From contig OY970309.1 of assembly GCA_963716395.1 (NCBI GenBank), forward strand, positions 3,232,001-3,296,000: 64,000 nucleotides of DNA. Reading direction: 5' to 3'. The notes under the pieces were generated by a model that saw only the letters and a list, made by a program, of their open reading frames with translations, was not told the origin of the DNA and made no database searches. Source of the stretch: an uncultured Fibrobacteria bacterium. Its GTDB lineage: Bacteria > Fibrobacterota > Fibrobacteria > UBA11236. The translations under genes were made by a program, and so were the position numbers. Positions 30,106 to 39,859 of this stretch are shown piece after piece. Every line of letters starts with the position of its first letter. Within the stretch, counting starts at the first letter, position 1.

Positions 30106-31392
30106 TTAGAACGCGCCCTTTTTCCACTTGGCGCGCGCGCCCATTTCCTCTTCGATGCGGAGCAGTTGGTTGTACTTGCAAACACGATCGGTGCGCGACA
30201 ACGATCCGGTTTTGATCTGTCCTGTGCCCGTAGCCACAGCCAAATCGGCGATGAAGGTGTCTTCGGTTTCGCCCGAGCGATGCGACACGATGGTGCCGAA
30301 CTTCGCCTTCTGCGCCATGGAAATGGCTTCGAAGGTTTCCGACAAGGTGCCGATTTGGTTCACCTTGATGAGAACCGCGTTGGCCGCTTTCTTGTCGATG
30401 CCTTTTTTCAGGATAGCGGGATTGGTGACAAAAATATCATCGCCCACGAGTTGCACTTTCTTGCCCAGGGTGGCGGTCATTTCGACCCAGCCGTCCCAGT
30501 CGTTTTGATCCATGCCGTCTTCGATGGAGTAAATCGGGTACTTGGAGCACAAATCGGCGTAGAGCCGGGTCATTTGCGCGGCGCTCAAGGATTTACCCGT
30601 GCTTTTGTGGAAAACGTAACGGCGCTTTTCTTTGTCGTAAAACTCAGAAGCGGCCACATCAAGTGCGATTTTCAGGTCTTGTCCGGGCCGATAGCCGGCC
30701 GTTTCGATGGCTTTCACCAAGGCATCCAGCGCGTCGTTCACGCTTTTCAGATTGGGTGCGAACCCGCCTTCGTCACCCACCGCCGTGGAAAGGCCGCGCT
30801 TTTTCAAAATGGATTTCAAGGCGTGGAACACTTCTACGGCCATGCGCAGGCCTTCGGAAAAATTCTTGGCGCCCACGGGCGCGATCATGAATTCCTGAAA
30901 GTCGACCGGCGCATCGCTGTGGGCGCCGCCGTTGATGACATTGCACATGGGCACGGGCAAGAGCAGGTTCGTGTTGTGGAAAATGTCGGCGAGATACACA
31001 TACAGCGAAACCTTGCGATCCGCCGCCGCGGCGCGGGCAATGGCCAGCGAGCAGCCGAGCACGGCATTGGCGCCCAGCTTGCCCTTGTTGGGCGTGCCGT
31101 CGGCGTCGATCATGAGTTTATCCAACTCGGCCTGGCAAAAGGGATCTTTGCCGCGCAAGGTCGCAGCCAACACGGTTTTCACGTTTTTCACGGCCCGGGT
31201 TACCGCCTTGCCCAGGTAGCGCGACTTTTCCCCGTCGCGCAACTCGACGGCTTCACGTTCGCCGGTCGAGGCACCCGAAGGCACGGCCGCGCGACCCAAT
31301 ACGCCGTTCTCCAGCACCACATCGACTTCGACGGTGGGATTGCCGCGTGAATCCAAGATCTGACGCGCGTTGACCGATGCAATCGAGTTCAT
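30106..31392 (-). CDS. eno: Enolase
   Basis: Starts [23 protein letters not shown] at ATG 31392; [24 protein letters not shown] and GQIKTG. Confidence 0.98.
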   Translation of the reverse strand: MNSIASVNARQILDSRGNPTVEVDVVLENGVLGRAAVPSGASTGEREAVELRDGEKSRYLGKAVTRAVKNVKTVLAATLRGKDPFCQAELDKLMIDADGTPNKGKLGANAVLGCSLAIARAAAADRKVSLYVYLADIFHNTNLLLPVPMCNVINGGAHSDAPVDFQEFMIAPVGAKNFSEGLRMAVEVFHALKSILKKRGLSTAVGDEGGFAPNLKSVNDALDALVKAIETAGYRPGQDLKIALDVAASEFYDKEKRRYVFHKSTGKSLSAAQMTRLYADLCSKYPIYSIEDGMDQNDWDGWVEMTATLGKKVQLVGDDIFVTNPAILKKGIDKKAANAVLIKVNQIGTLSETFEAISMAQKAKFGTIVSHRSGETEDTFIADLAVATGTGQIKTGSLSRTDRVCKYNQLLRIEEEMGARAKWKKGAF

Positions 31393-31447
31393 GTATACCC
31401 TTTCTCGCCGATTCCTGTAAGTCAAAGATAGATATCTTCCCCATCCC

Positions 31448-32143
31448 ATGCGCCGTTTGCTGGGGTGGTTGACGCGTTGGGTGCTGCTGTTGCCGTCGCT
31501 GGATGCGGCCGTGGCCGCGTTGCGCACGGCGCTGCGGCCTTTGCTCAATGCCGTCGGTTGGCAAGCTCTGTTGGGGTCGCAGGCCTTGTGGGCGGCGGTG
31601 GCGGGTTTCGGGTTCCGGGTGTTGTGCACGCGTTGGCGCCGGCAGGATCCCTGGGAATTTCTCGACACCTTGGAGCATGAACTCACCCATGCCGCGTCCG
31701 GGGCCTTGACCCTGGCGCCGCCGGTTTCACTCACCGCTACCGTTCGCAAAGGCGGCGCAGTGGAATTGCGCCGCACCAATCCCGTTGCGGTGCTCGCCCC
31801 CTATTGCCTGCCTTTGTATGCGTTTCTGGCCGCCATCCTCACTTTGTGGCTGCGCACCGGGCTATTGCCTTACGGACGCTGGGCCGTGGGGTTTTTGCTG
31901 GGCGGCTTCGCCTACCGACTGCGCCGGGAATTCCATGGGGGGCAAACCGATTTTCGCACTTACGGATGGATTTTCTCCTTCGTCTTTATCGCGGCGTGGC
32001 TGCCGCTGTGCCTGGCCTTCATCCTCTCGCTGGCGCGCATGGTCGACCTGCCCTGGCACTACGGCGTCTGGCCGTTGTGCCTCGAACAACTACAATGGGT
32101 GGTACACGCTGCGCGGCATGCGGCGACACCGGCCCACGCGTGA
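31448..32143 (+). CDS. Membrane protein with HExxH motif (M50-like metallopeptidase)
   Basis: TLEHELTH, 'LAPYCLP' and several TM helices. Confidence 0.65.
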   Translation: MRRLLGWLTRWVLLLPSLDAAVAALRTALRPLLNAVGWQALLGSQALWAAVAGFGFRVLCTRWRRQDPWEFLDTLEHELTHAASGALTLAPPVSLTATVRKGGAVELRRTNPVAVLAPYCLPLYAFLAAILTLWLRTGLLPYGRWAVGFLLGGFAYRLRREFHGGQTDFRTYGWIFSFVFIAAWLPLCLAFILSLARMVDLPWHYGVWPLCLEQLQWVVHAARHAATPAHA

Positions 32144-32210
32144 TAACGCGGTTTTCACAAAGCCCTTGAATTCTGGTGAAATTCACATGACCTTGTAGTT
32201 TAGGCCCCCG

Positions 32211-33230
32211 ATGCTCGCTCGCCTCGCCTTTCCCGTCTCCCTGCTGGCTTTCGGCGCTTTGCGCACTCTCGCGATTGAGGATCCCACCGGAGGATTGCGG
32301 CGCGATAACATCGCCGACCTGGCGCCGCATCCGCAGCCGAGCGGCAACTACAATGAATTCTGGACCTATCAATTTGGGTTGAACAACGGCGTGCAAGTGC
32401 AGCTCAATCTTTCCCGCGCCGATTTCGGGCGGTTCAAAGATCCGGTATGCGGCAGTGATTTGTCGGTGATGGGTTTTCGCGGCAAGAATTATTTCGTGGC
32501 GCGCGAATATCCGCTGAAAAACTTTTCTTTCGATTCGGCGCATGCCCGGCTGGCGGTCCATACGCGCATCTTCACCGAAGGGGCGCCTCCCCTCGCCCAT
32601 CACGTGTTTTTCTCCACGCGCAAGGACGGGGTGTCTTATCTGCTGGATCTGACCTTTTCCGACATGACACCCGGAGTGGTCTGGGGCGACGGCGTCTTCC
32701 ACCTGCGCGATCACCAGCAGGTGGGGCTTTATTTCCACATTCCCGGCGCGCGGGTGCGGGGCAAGCTGGCCATCAACGGCGACACCACCGATGTCCGCGG
32801 ATTCGGATGGATGGACCACTCCTATCAAACCGATTTCGCCACCCGGCTCATCGACCATGGTTACCGCTATGTGACCTGCACCGCGCCTTGGCAGGGCGGT
32901 TATTTTTTCCAGAACGGCCAAGGCGTCTTCGGCTATGGTGTGCGCAACCAGGGTGGCCGACTGACTTTGCTGAGCCCGCAGTCCATCCAGACCCCTGATG
33001 CCGCCGGCGCCGCCTTTCCTTCGACTTTGGTGTTGGCCTTCGCCGACGGAAGCCATGCCAAATTTCAGGTGCTCCAGGACCGGCTCCGGACTTCAGCTTT
33101 TCAGGAATTGAACTGGTTGCAACGCAAAGCGGCGGCTTTATTTTTGGGGGGAGAGCTAATCAGCGATCGCGGCACCGGCCGGTTCGACGGCGACACGGCC
33201 CTTTATTCCTTCATCGCTGTTCGGCATTGA
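32211..33230 (+). CDS. Secreted lipocalin-like/AttH-CrtC-like beta-barrel protein
   Basis: Signal peptide, 'NEFWTY' and 'GKLAING...VRGFGWMDH' pattern typical of this fold. Confidence 0.55.
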   Translation: MLARLAFPVSLLAFGALRTLAIEDPTGGLRRDNIADLAPHPQPSGNYNEFWTYQFGLNNGVQVQLNLSRADFGRFKDPVCGSDLSVMGFRGKNYFVAREYPLKNFSFDSAHARLAVHTRIFTEGAPPLAHHVFFSTRKDGVSYLLDLTFSDMTPGVVWGDGVFHLRDHQQVGLYFHIPGARVRGKLAINGDTTDVRGFGWMDHSYQTDFATRLIDHGYRYVTCTAPWQGGYFFQNGQGVFGYGVRNQGGRLTLLSPQSIQTPDAAGAAFPSTLVLAFADGSHAKFQVLQDRLRTSAFQELNWLQRKAAALFLGGELISDRGTGRFDGDTALYSFIAVRH

Positions 33231-33287
33231 GCGCAAGCAGGGCATGCCTCATCAGCTCCGCGCTCGAAACGCCGGATATTTTTTCGA

Positions 33288-34280
33288 TTACTCGTCGTCG
33301 GGAGCCGGCACCATGGTTATGACCCCCTTTTCGGTGGCAAACCAGGTGTCGCCATTCAACCCCGGCATCACGTAGTAGATGTAACGGGTCAGAAGGCCGG
33401 GCGTGGTGGTTTTGGTGTAAAGCTTCCAATCGCCGCCCGTGTACTGCGCCACGCCCCCGCGTATGCAGGCCCAGACGTCTCCCGCCGTGCCCTGCGACAG
33501 CGAATAGGTGAGTTCCGAGGACAATTCTCCCAGTCGAGAATCGGATTGGAAATCGGTCCATTTGCGATCGGTCCCCAGGCGCGCGACGCCGGCCTGGGTG
33601 CCGATCCATAAGGCCCCCGACGAATCGACCAGCAAATAGGTGACGGCATCGTGCGGCAATCCGCTGGAAGTGCTGGCGCGGGTATAGGTGGTCCACACCA
33701 CGCCGTCGAATTTTACCAGGCCGCCGATGGTTCCGATCCACTTGTTGCCGGAGGAATCGACGGCGATGGCGGTGGTGATGTGATTGGGAAGCCGCCCCGA
33801 AATGAGATCGCCCGTATAGGTGGTCCAGACGGTGCCGTGCAGCATGGCAAAACCATTGTGGGTGGCGAACCATTCCTGGTCGCGGTAAATCGCCATGGCC
33901 GTGACGTCATCGTCGGGAAGCCCGCCGTTGGTGGAGGCATTGGTGTAATGCGTCCATTGATCGTTGGCCAAGACGCTGATGCCGCCGGTGGTGCCGACCC
34001 ACAGGGCGCGGTAGCGATCCACGCCCAGGCAGGTCACCGAATCCGAAACCAATCCGCCTTGGGTGGATTCCTTGGTGAAGACGCGATAATTACCGCTTTT
34101 ATCCACCAGGGAAAGGCCGCTGTAGGAGGAATAATATTTGTTGCCCAAATCGTCCTGGGCCATGTCCAGCACCTGCTCGGAGGGCAGGCGTTGCTGATCC
34201 ATCCATACCCAATGGTATTGCGTCGCCTGCGCGAACTGCGCCCACCCCAAGACGGCCAACCCAACCACCAGGTTTCGCAT
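33288..34280 (-). CDS. Secreted beta-propeller protein (two-component-regulator propeller repeats, stand-alone)
   Basis: Signal peptide and about seven repeats of 'GLP...V..I.VD..G..WIGT.GG...F.G..WT.YT'. Confidence 0.8.
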   Translation of the reverse strand: MRNLVVGLAVLGWAQFAQATQYHWVWMDQQRLPSEQVLDMAQDDLGNKYYSSYSGLSLVDKSGNYRVFTKESTQGGLVSDSVTCLGVDRYRALWVGTTGGISVLANDQWTHYTNASTNGGLPDDDVTAMAIYRDQEWFATHNGFAMLHGTVWTTYTGDLISGRLPNHITTAIAVDSSGNKWIGTIGGLVKFDGVVWTTYTRASTSSGLPHDAVTYLLVDSSGALWIGTQAGVARLGTDRKWTDFQSDSRLGELSSELTYSLSQGTAGDVWACIRGGVAQYTGGDWKLYTKTTTPGLLTRYIYYVMPGLNGDTWFATEKGVITMVPAPDDE

Positions 34281-34449
34281 GACCCTCGGTTCCTCCGCTT
34301 TCCCAATTTAGAACCAAGACGGCTTGTGTTACGTGCAAAGAGCCGTTAAAAAATTTTCACGGCCTTCCGACCGCATCCATTTTCCATCATTCTACGACGC
34401 GATTTCCCCGTACACGGAAAGAATTTCTTGGTGTTGCTAACTTCGCAGC

Positions 34450-35397
34450 GTGATCCCCAATCGCTTTCACTTTGTCTGGATTGGGCCGGATTTTCACTTC
34501 GTCTATCGCCTGGCGGTGGAATCGCTGCTGCAAATCCACCCCGAAGCGGAAGTGCATCTTCATTATGAAAATCCGCCCCGGGGAAATCCCGATTGGGAAG
34601 CCTTGCGGTCCAAAACCGTTTTCCGCCCGCTGAACCTGGACGCCTGGCTGCAAGACCTGCCCGCTTCCATGCAGGGGCTGCGCGACGTGCTTCAGCGCGT
34701 TTCCTCGGCCTACCCCGCCGGCCGCAGCAACGTGGTGCGCTACCTGGCCTTGTACCGCGAAGGCGGCGTTTATCTCGACTTCGACACCTTGACCCTGAAA
34801 TCGTTCAAGCCGCTGCTTCAGGCTGCGGCCTTCGTCGGCGAAGAGCAGGTGTTCCGCTGCGACGACGATCGCGTGGCCGGCCGCTATACCTGGGACTTTC
34901 CTTGGGCCGCGGCCTTGTTCGGGATCAGCTACGGGTTGGCCTATGTCAACAGCCGCTGGCTTCGGGGTAACCGCCTGGTGACGGCCCTGGACGCCGGACT
35001 TTCCCGGTGGTGGAGCGCGCGCAAGCTCAACAACGCCGTGCTGGGGTCGGAAGCGGGCGGCGCCTTTTATGCCCGGGCGTTGGAATTGATCCCCAACACC
35101 GATCCCGGCATCCGCTTTGCCCTCGGGCCCATGCTGATGAACCGGACCTATGCCGAAATGCCCGAAGCGACGCGGCGGCTGGGCGAAAATTTTTTCTATG
35201 CCATTCCGCCCAGCCAAACCTTTCGCTTTTTCCAGGGCCCGGCGCCGGTATTGCCGCCGGAAGCGATTGCCCTTCATTGGTGTTCAAGCAACCATCGCCA
35301 ACTGGCGGCCAAGCTGACAGCCGATGCGGTGCGAAATTCCACCTCGCCAAGCCTGTACTTCCGCTTGGCCCGTGCCGTGATGGCACGCGGCATCTAG
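34450..35397 (+). CDS. GT32-like glycosyltransferase (DXD motif)
   Basis: IPNRFHFVW, SNVVRYLALYREGGVYLDFD, NNAV and ALGP. Confidence 0.85.
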   Translation: MIPNRFHFVWIGPDFHFVYRLAVESLLQIHPEAEVHLHYENPPRGNPDWEALRSKTVFRPLNLDAWLQDLPASMQGLRDVLQRVSSAYPAGRSNVVRYLALYREGGVYLDFDTLTLKSFKPLLQAAAFVGEEQVFRCDDDRVAGRYTWDFPWAAALFGISYGLAYVNSRWLRGNRLVTALDAGLSRWWSARKLNNAVLGSEAGGAFYARALELIPNTDPGIRFALGPMLMNRTYAEMPEATRRLGENFFYAIPPSQTFRFFQGPAPVLPPEAIALHWCSSNHRQLAAKLTADAVRNSTSPSLYFRLARAVMARGI

Positions 35398-35448
35398 GCG
35401 GCGGGCAGGCATCCCTCGTCACGGGTCGTGAGATTCTTAGAGGTACCC

Positions 35449-36240
35449 TTAACCTTGGGTCGGAATGGCGATGGGTGTCGCCAGGTTGTCCCAATCCAAT
35501 TGCGCCGGCAGGCTGGTTCGTCGCCGGCGCAAGAGGCGCAGCACGATTTCGAGATTGGCCCGGGTTTCCGGGTGGTCGAAGTCATGGGGATGCAGGGCCA
35601 CGCGCAACACCGGCGCGGAGTGGAACCACAAAGTCCGCGCCGGACAAACCACGAGCGAGCCGTATTTCCGCCCCAGGGTGCGCGTGGCCCAGGTGATGAC
35701 GGGCGCGGGCAAGGTTAACCCGCGCTGGACGTCGTAGAAGCGATGGTGATCTTCGGTCAGCGCCAGGCTGCATTCCCGCAGCACCGCCAACAAACCCGGC
35801 TGGAACAGCCACGCGGGCGCCACGAAACCGGCCGGCCGGCGCCCCCCCAGGCAACGCGCGAACACCTCGCATCCATCCCGGATGCGGCGGCGCTGGACCT
35901 CGGGCGCCAAGGTCAGAAATTCCCCTTCGCCGGCCGTGAGCCAGCGTTGGCGCCAACGATCGCGGCGGTCGAGCGACGCCGTTTCGGCAGGGCCCCGCTC
36001 TTCATGGTAGAAGCCATGCAGCCACCAATCCACCGCAAAAGTTCGGGGTTCGGCGCACCAGGCCACGAAAGCCGGGTCCTCGTCGGCAGGGTAACTTCCG
36101 TGGAACTGCGGCACGAGCAGGTATTGCACCCGTTCGATTCCCAGCCGCCGCAAAAGGGATTCCGCCGCGCGCAGCCGCGCGAGATGCACGGGCGCCACGT
36201 CATGCAGCGACACCACGAGATCGCGCGGCGCAGCCGTCAT
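35449..36240 (-). CDS. Polysaccharide deacetylase-like protein (DUF2334-type)
   Basis: VVSLHDVAP, LHGFYH, GEGEF, GFVAPAW and RVALHPHD. Confidence 0.85.
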   Translation of the reverse strand: MTAAPRDLVVSLHDVAPVHLARLRAAESLLRRLGIERVQYLLVPQFHGSYPADEDPAFVAWCAEPRTFAVDWWLHGFYHEERGPAETASLDRRDRWRQRWLTAGEGEFLTLAPEVQRRRIRDGCEVFARCLGGRRPAGFVAPAWLFQPGLLAVLRECSLALTEDHHRFYDVQRGLTLPAPVITWATRTLGRKYGSLVVCPARTLWFHSAPVLRVALHPHDFDHPETRANLEIVLRLLRRRRTSLPAQLDWDNLATPIAIPTQG

Positions 36241-37394
36241 GGCGCGCGCTCCGTCCAGGCCGCCGCCATGCGCGCCACGGCTTCATCCCAGGTGCCGTAA
36301 TGGGCCGCGGTGGCGCGGCTGCGCGCCGCAATCGGCGCGAGATCGGCCGCCGCCGCCGCATGCACCGCCGCCAAAAATCCGGCCGCATCGCCAACGGCGA
36401 AGCGAAACGGCATTTCGGCCTCCCGCAGCAGTTCGCCGGTTCCGCCGGCTTCGGGGCCCACCACCACCAGTCCGGCGGCCATGGCTTCGAGTACGGCCAA
36501 TCCGAAGGTTTCATGCGGACCCGGCGCCAGCAGCACGTCGTGACCGGCATACAAAGCCGCCACGGCCGCGGCGTCGGCCAGAAAACCAGCGAAGCGATAA
36601 CGCTCATGGCGAAAGGCGGCCAGGCGGTCCGTAAACGCCCCGCGTCCCGCGACGGTTACGGTGACGGCCGTATCGGCCAGCAGCGCGGGCAAGATTTCCA
36701 ACAGCAGTTCCACACCTTTGTCGCGATCCAGGCGTCCGGCATACAAAAGCCGCAAAGGCGCCGAGGCGCCATGGCGCCGCAAGGGCATGGGCGATGCCGC
36801 GGCGGCGTGGAAAAACGCGGGGTCGACCCCGAAGGGCAGACGCAACACGCGCGTGACGCCGCGGCGGTGTAACCCCTCTTCGAGGTTGCGCGAGGCCACG
36901 GCGGTCCAGTCGAAGCGGCGCTGGCGGCGGTCGAACCAGCGTCCCGCCAGCCGAGCCGCCAGCCGCCTGAGCCAGCGCGCACCGCCCCGCCGCGCCCAAG
37001 GCTCGACATAACTGGGAATGGGATCGCTGTGGTAAAACGCCACCAAGAGTCCGCGCCACAACCCCCAGGCGCGCAGCGCCAAACAAAACGAAGCGGTGAG
37101 CCAGGGGTCTCCGGCTTCCAGCACCTGCGGACGAAAGACGCGCAGCCAGCGCCAGACGCGATAATAATCGAGCAACAGCCGATACCCCTGCGGATCGGCG
37201 GTCATGGCCCGGCCAAAGACTTGCACCAAGGTCACCGCCGGAGAGAGTTGTTCGACGCAGAATTTCGGCCCGGGAAAAATCAGGCAGTAGTGATGTTCGC
37301 GCTGGTGGTTGAACCACTCGATTTTCGCCTGGTGGTACGTGCGGATGCCGCCGGCCTTGGGGCCGTAGAAGGTATTGATATCGATGAAGTTCAC
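36237..37394 (-). CDS. GT4 glycosyltransferase
   Basis: GGIRTY, LLYAGRLDRDKG and ETFGLAVLEAMAAG. Confidence 0.9.
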   Translation of the reverse strand: MNFIDINTFYGPKAGGIRTYHQAKIEWFNHQREHHYCLIFPGPKFCVEQLSPAVTLVQVFGRAMTADPQGYRLLLDYYRVWRWLRVFRPQVLEAGDPWLTASFCLALRAWGLWRGLLVAFYHSDPIPSYVEPWARRGGARWLRRLAARLAGRWFDRRQRRFDWTAVASRNLEEGLHRRGVTRVLRLPFGVDPAFFHAAAASPMPLRRHGASAPLRLLYAGRLDRDKGVELLLEILPALLADTAVTVTVAGRGAFTDRLAAFRHERYRFAGFLADAAAVAALYAGHDVLLAPGPHETFGLAVLEAMAAGLVVVGPEAGGTGELLREAEMPFRFAVGDAAGFLAAVHAAAAADLAPIAARSRATAAHYGTWDEAVARMAAAWTERAP

Positions 37395-37433
37395 GCGGAT
37401 TCCCCGGGAACCGGAAAGTTATGTTTTTGCCCT

Positions 37434-38783
37434 ATGCTTGCGCCGGCTCTAACCGAAGCTCCGCCCCAGGCGCCCGACTTCGCACGCCGTCCGCATTGGT
37501 CCATGGGCTTTCGCGGCGCCTCGGCCCTGGTGTGTTGCTTTTTCGGCGAATTGCTGCGGCAAATTCCGGCTTTGTGGCGGGCCCGGCGGCGGTATCGCCA
37601 CGTGCGGAGCAACCGGCGCGCCGAACCGTGGGTGGCCTGTGTCAGCGACAATCTTGACGAGGTCAACGGCATTGCCTTGGCCTCGCGCATCCAATTGCGC
37701 GAATTACGCCGCCTGGGCAAACCCGCCTATCTGTTCGGCGTGGCTTTTCACACCCGGCCCCCGCGCTGCGAAGAGCCGGATGGGGCGGTGGTATTGGCCC
37801 CCGGGCGTTTTTCGGTGGATCAAGCCGGCTACCCCAACAGCGAACTGGTCGTGCCCCGCCTCGACGCGTTTTTCGATTTCGTGGGCGCGCATCCCGTAGA
37901 CCTGGTGGAGTTTGAAACCCCGGGTCCGGTCATGATGCTGGTGCTCATCGCCTGCAAGGCCTTGGGCATCCGTACGCTGTCGCATTACCGCACCGACATA
38001 CTCATTTACAGCGACACGCTCATGCAACACCGCTACGGCAAGTGGTTCGTGCAAACCTGGACCAAGCTGGCGACGCGTTGGGCCGGCCCGGTGATCGTAC
38101 CGTCGGAAGCCTACCGCGAAAAGGTCGCGGCGCTGGGAGTCGCGCCCGATCGCATTTACAAATTGCCGCGCGGGGTCGATCTCTCCGCGTTCCATCCGCA
38201 TTACCGCGACCCTTCGATCTGGAGCGAACTGGGCATTCCCGCCGACGGTTTTTTGCTGTTGTACGTGGGGCGCGTTTCGGCCGAAAAGAATCTGGCGGCC
38301 CTGGCCAAGGCCTTCGCCGCGGCGGCGGAAGTACGCAACGATCTGCGCCTGATCGTGGTGGGAGAAGGGCCTTTGCGGCGCGAATTGGAAAACGGTTTGC
38401 GTCGCGGCGGCCGCGTACATTTCACCGGCGTGCTCAGCGGCGAAGCGCTGGCGCGCGCTTTCGCCTCGGCCGATTTGTTCGTGTTCCCGAGCCTGAGCGA
38501 CACCTTCGGCAACAGCGTCATCGAGGCCCTGGCCTCGGGGCTTCCCTGTCTGGTCAGCGACGCCGGCGGCCCGCGCGAAATCGTAGTGCCGGGCGCCTGC
38601 GGCGAAATTTTCGTGCATGCCGATCCTTCGGCCTTGCGCGACGGCATTTTGGCCCTGGCCGGTGACGCGGATCGCCTGGCCCGCTACCGCGTTTCGGCCC
38701 GGGCGCGCGCCGAAGAATTCACCAATGAAAGCGCGGCCACGGCCTTCTGGAATTTTTATCGCGAGTTGTGGAAGCAACCCTGA
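37434..38783 (+). CDS. GT4 glycosyltransferase (glycolipid synthase-like)
   Basis: DEVNGIA, TPGP, RGVD, LLYVGRVSAEKN and DTFGNSVIEALASG; start taken at ATG 37434. Confidence 0.88.
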   Translation: MLAPALTEAPPQAPDFARRPHWSMGFRGASALVCCFFGELLRQIPALWRARRRYRHVRSNRRAEPWVACVSDNLDEVNGIALASRIQLRELRRLGKPAYLFGVAFHTRPPRCEEPDGAVVLAPGRFSVDQAGYPNSELVVPRLDAFFDFVGAHPVDLVEFETPGPVMMLVLIACKALGIRTLSHYRTDILIYSDTLMQHRYGKWFVQTWTKLATRWAGPVIVPSEAYREKVAALGVAPDRIYKLPRGVDLSAFHPHYRDPSIWSELGIPADGFLLLYVGRVSAEKNLAALAKAFAAAAEVRNDLRLIVVGEGPLRRELENGLRRGGRVHFTGVLSGEALARAFASADLFVFPSLSDTFGNSVIEALASGLPCLVSDAGGPREIVVPGACGEIFVHADPSALRDGILALAGDADRLARYRVSARARAEEFTNESAATAFWNFYRELWKQP

Positions 38784-38793
38784 GGAGAGGAAC

Positions 38794-39093
38794 ATGTTCG
38801 TGCATTGCGTTTACTTCTGGCTGAAACCCGGAATTTCCCAAGCCGAACAGGCCCGCTTCGCCGCGGGCGCCGAAACGCTGTTGCGCATCGGCACGGTGCG
38901 TCAGGGGTGGTTGGGCCGGCCCGCCGACACCGATCGACCGATCATCGACCGCAGCTATTCCTACGCCTTGGTGGTGGTCTTCGACGACCGGGTGGGACAC
39001 GACACCTATCAGGCCGATCCGGTGCACGACGCGTTCCGCACCCTGAGCCCGCTGTGGATCGACGTCAAGATTTACGATTTCGCCAACGGCTGA
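38794..39093 (+). CDS. Dabb / stress-responsive alpha-beta barrel protein
   Basis: FVHCVYFWLK...SYSYALVVVF...YQADPVH...KIYD; GAGG RBS. Confidence 0.85.
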   Translation: MFVHCVYFWLKPGISQAEQARFAAGAETLLRIGTVRQGWLGRPADTDRPIIDRSYSYALVVVFDDRVGHDTYQADPVHDAFRTLSPLWIDVKIYDFANG

Positions 39094-39098
39094 CGGGC

Positions 39099-39824
39099 TT
39101 AAATCCAGGTCCGGTGCGCCAGGACGGCCAGCAGGAGTAACACTACCGTTTCTGCCGATTCCGAGACGAAGGATACCGTCTGCAGCGTCAATCCATGAAA
39201 GTAGGCGTTGCACAGGCGCAGGCCCGGCACGGCGATGAGGCCGAACAGAGCCAAGGCTGGAACCGCGGTACGCCAGGGAAATAAGAACAGCAAGAGCAGC
39301 AAGGTGGCGCTCAGAAACAGGGCCCGGATGCGGCGGCGGTGGATGCGGGGATCGCGCGCATGGGCGTCGGGCAAACGGTGCGGGCTGAGGATCAGGGCCA
39401 AGGTTTGCGCGGCCCGGCCCAGTACCGGCAGCACCAGCACGGCCCGCGGCTGCCACAGCGAGGGAAGCACCGCCAAGGCCGCAACTTTTGCGACCAGCAG
39501 AATAACGACTGTGGTCACACCCCGGCCGTCGGGTTTGAAGCCGGTTTCGAAGCCGTGTCCGGGAAAGGTGTGGCGTCCCTGGGCCATTTCGGCTACGCCC
39601 CGCAGGGGAACCCAGCCGTTGAAATATTCCAGCGCCACGACAGCCAGTAGACAACAGAGTACCTCGGGCAGAAAAAAGCGGGCGGCTACGAAAAGCAGTA
39701 CGGCGGCGCTGCCCATGCCCACACCCACCAGTGGGAAAAAATGGATGGATTGCAGCAGCGGAATGTGTTTCTTGTACGGCACCGGCAACACGGTGAGATA
39801 GCTCAAGGCGTTGGAAAGGCTCAT
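39099..39824 (-). CDS. CobS-like (cobalamin synthase family) membrane protein with degenerate active-site motifs
   Basis: N-terminus ALSYLTVLP...FFPLVG.G.G and TM layout fit CobS, but the HxDGxxD and TGD motifs are replaced. Confidence 0.65.
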   Translation of the reverse strand: MSLSNALSYLTVLPVPYKKHIPLLQSIHFFPLVGVGMGSAAVLLFVAARFFLPEVLCCLLAVVALEYFNGWVPLRGVAEMAQGRHTFPGHGFETGFKPDGRGVTTVVILLVAKVAALAVLPSLWQPRAVLVLPVLGRAAQTLALILSPHRLPDAHARDPRIHRRRIRALFLSATLLLLLFLFPWRTAVPALALFGLIAVPGLRLCNAYFHGLTLQTVSFVSESAETVVLLLLAVLAHRTWI

Positions 39825-39859
39825 GGCGTTTCCGGCTTAAAGGCGCCGGCCGCGGCCGG

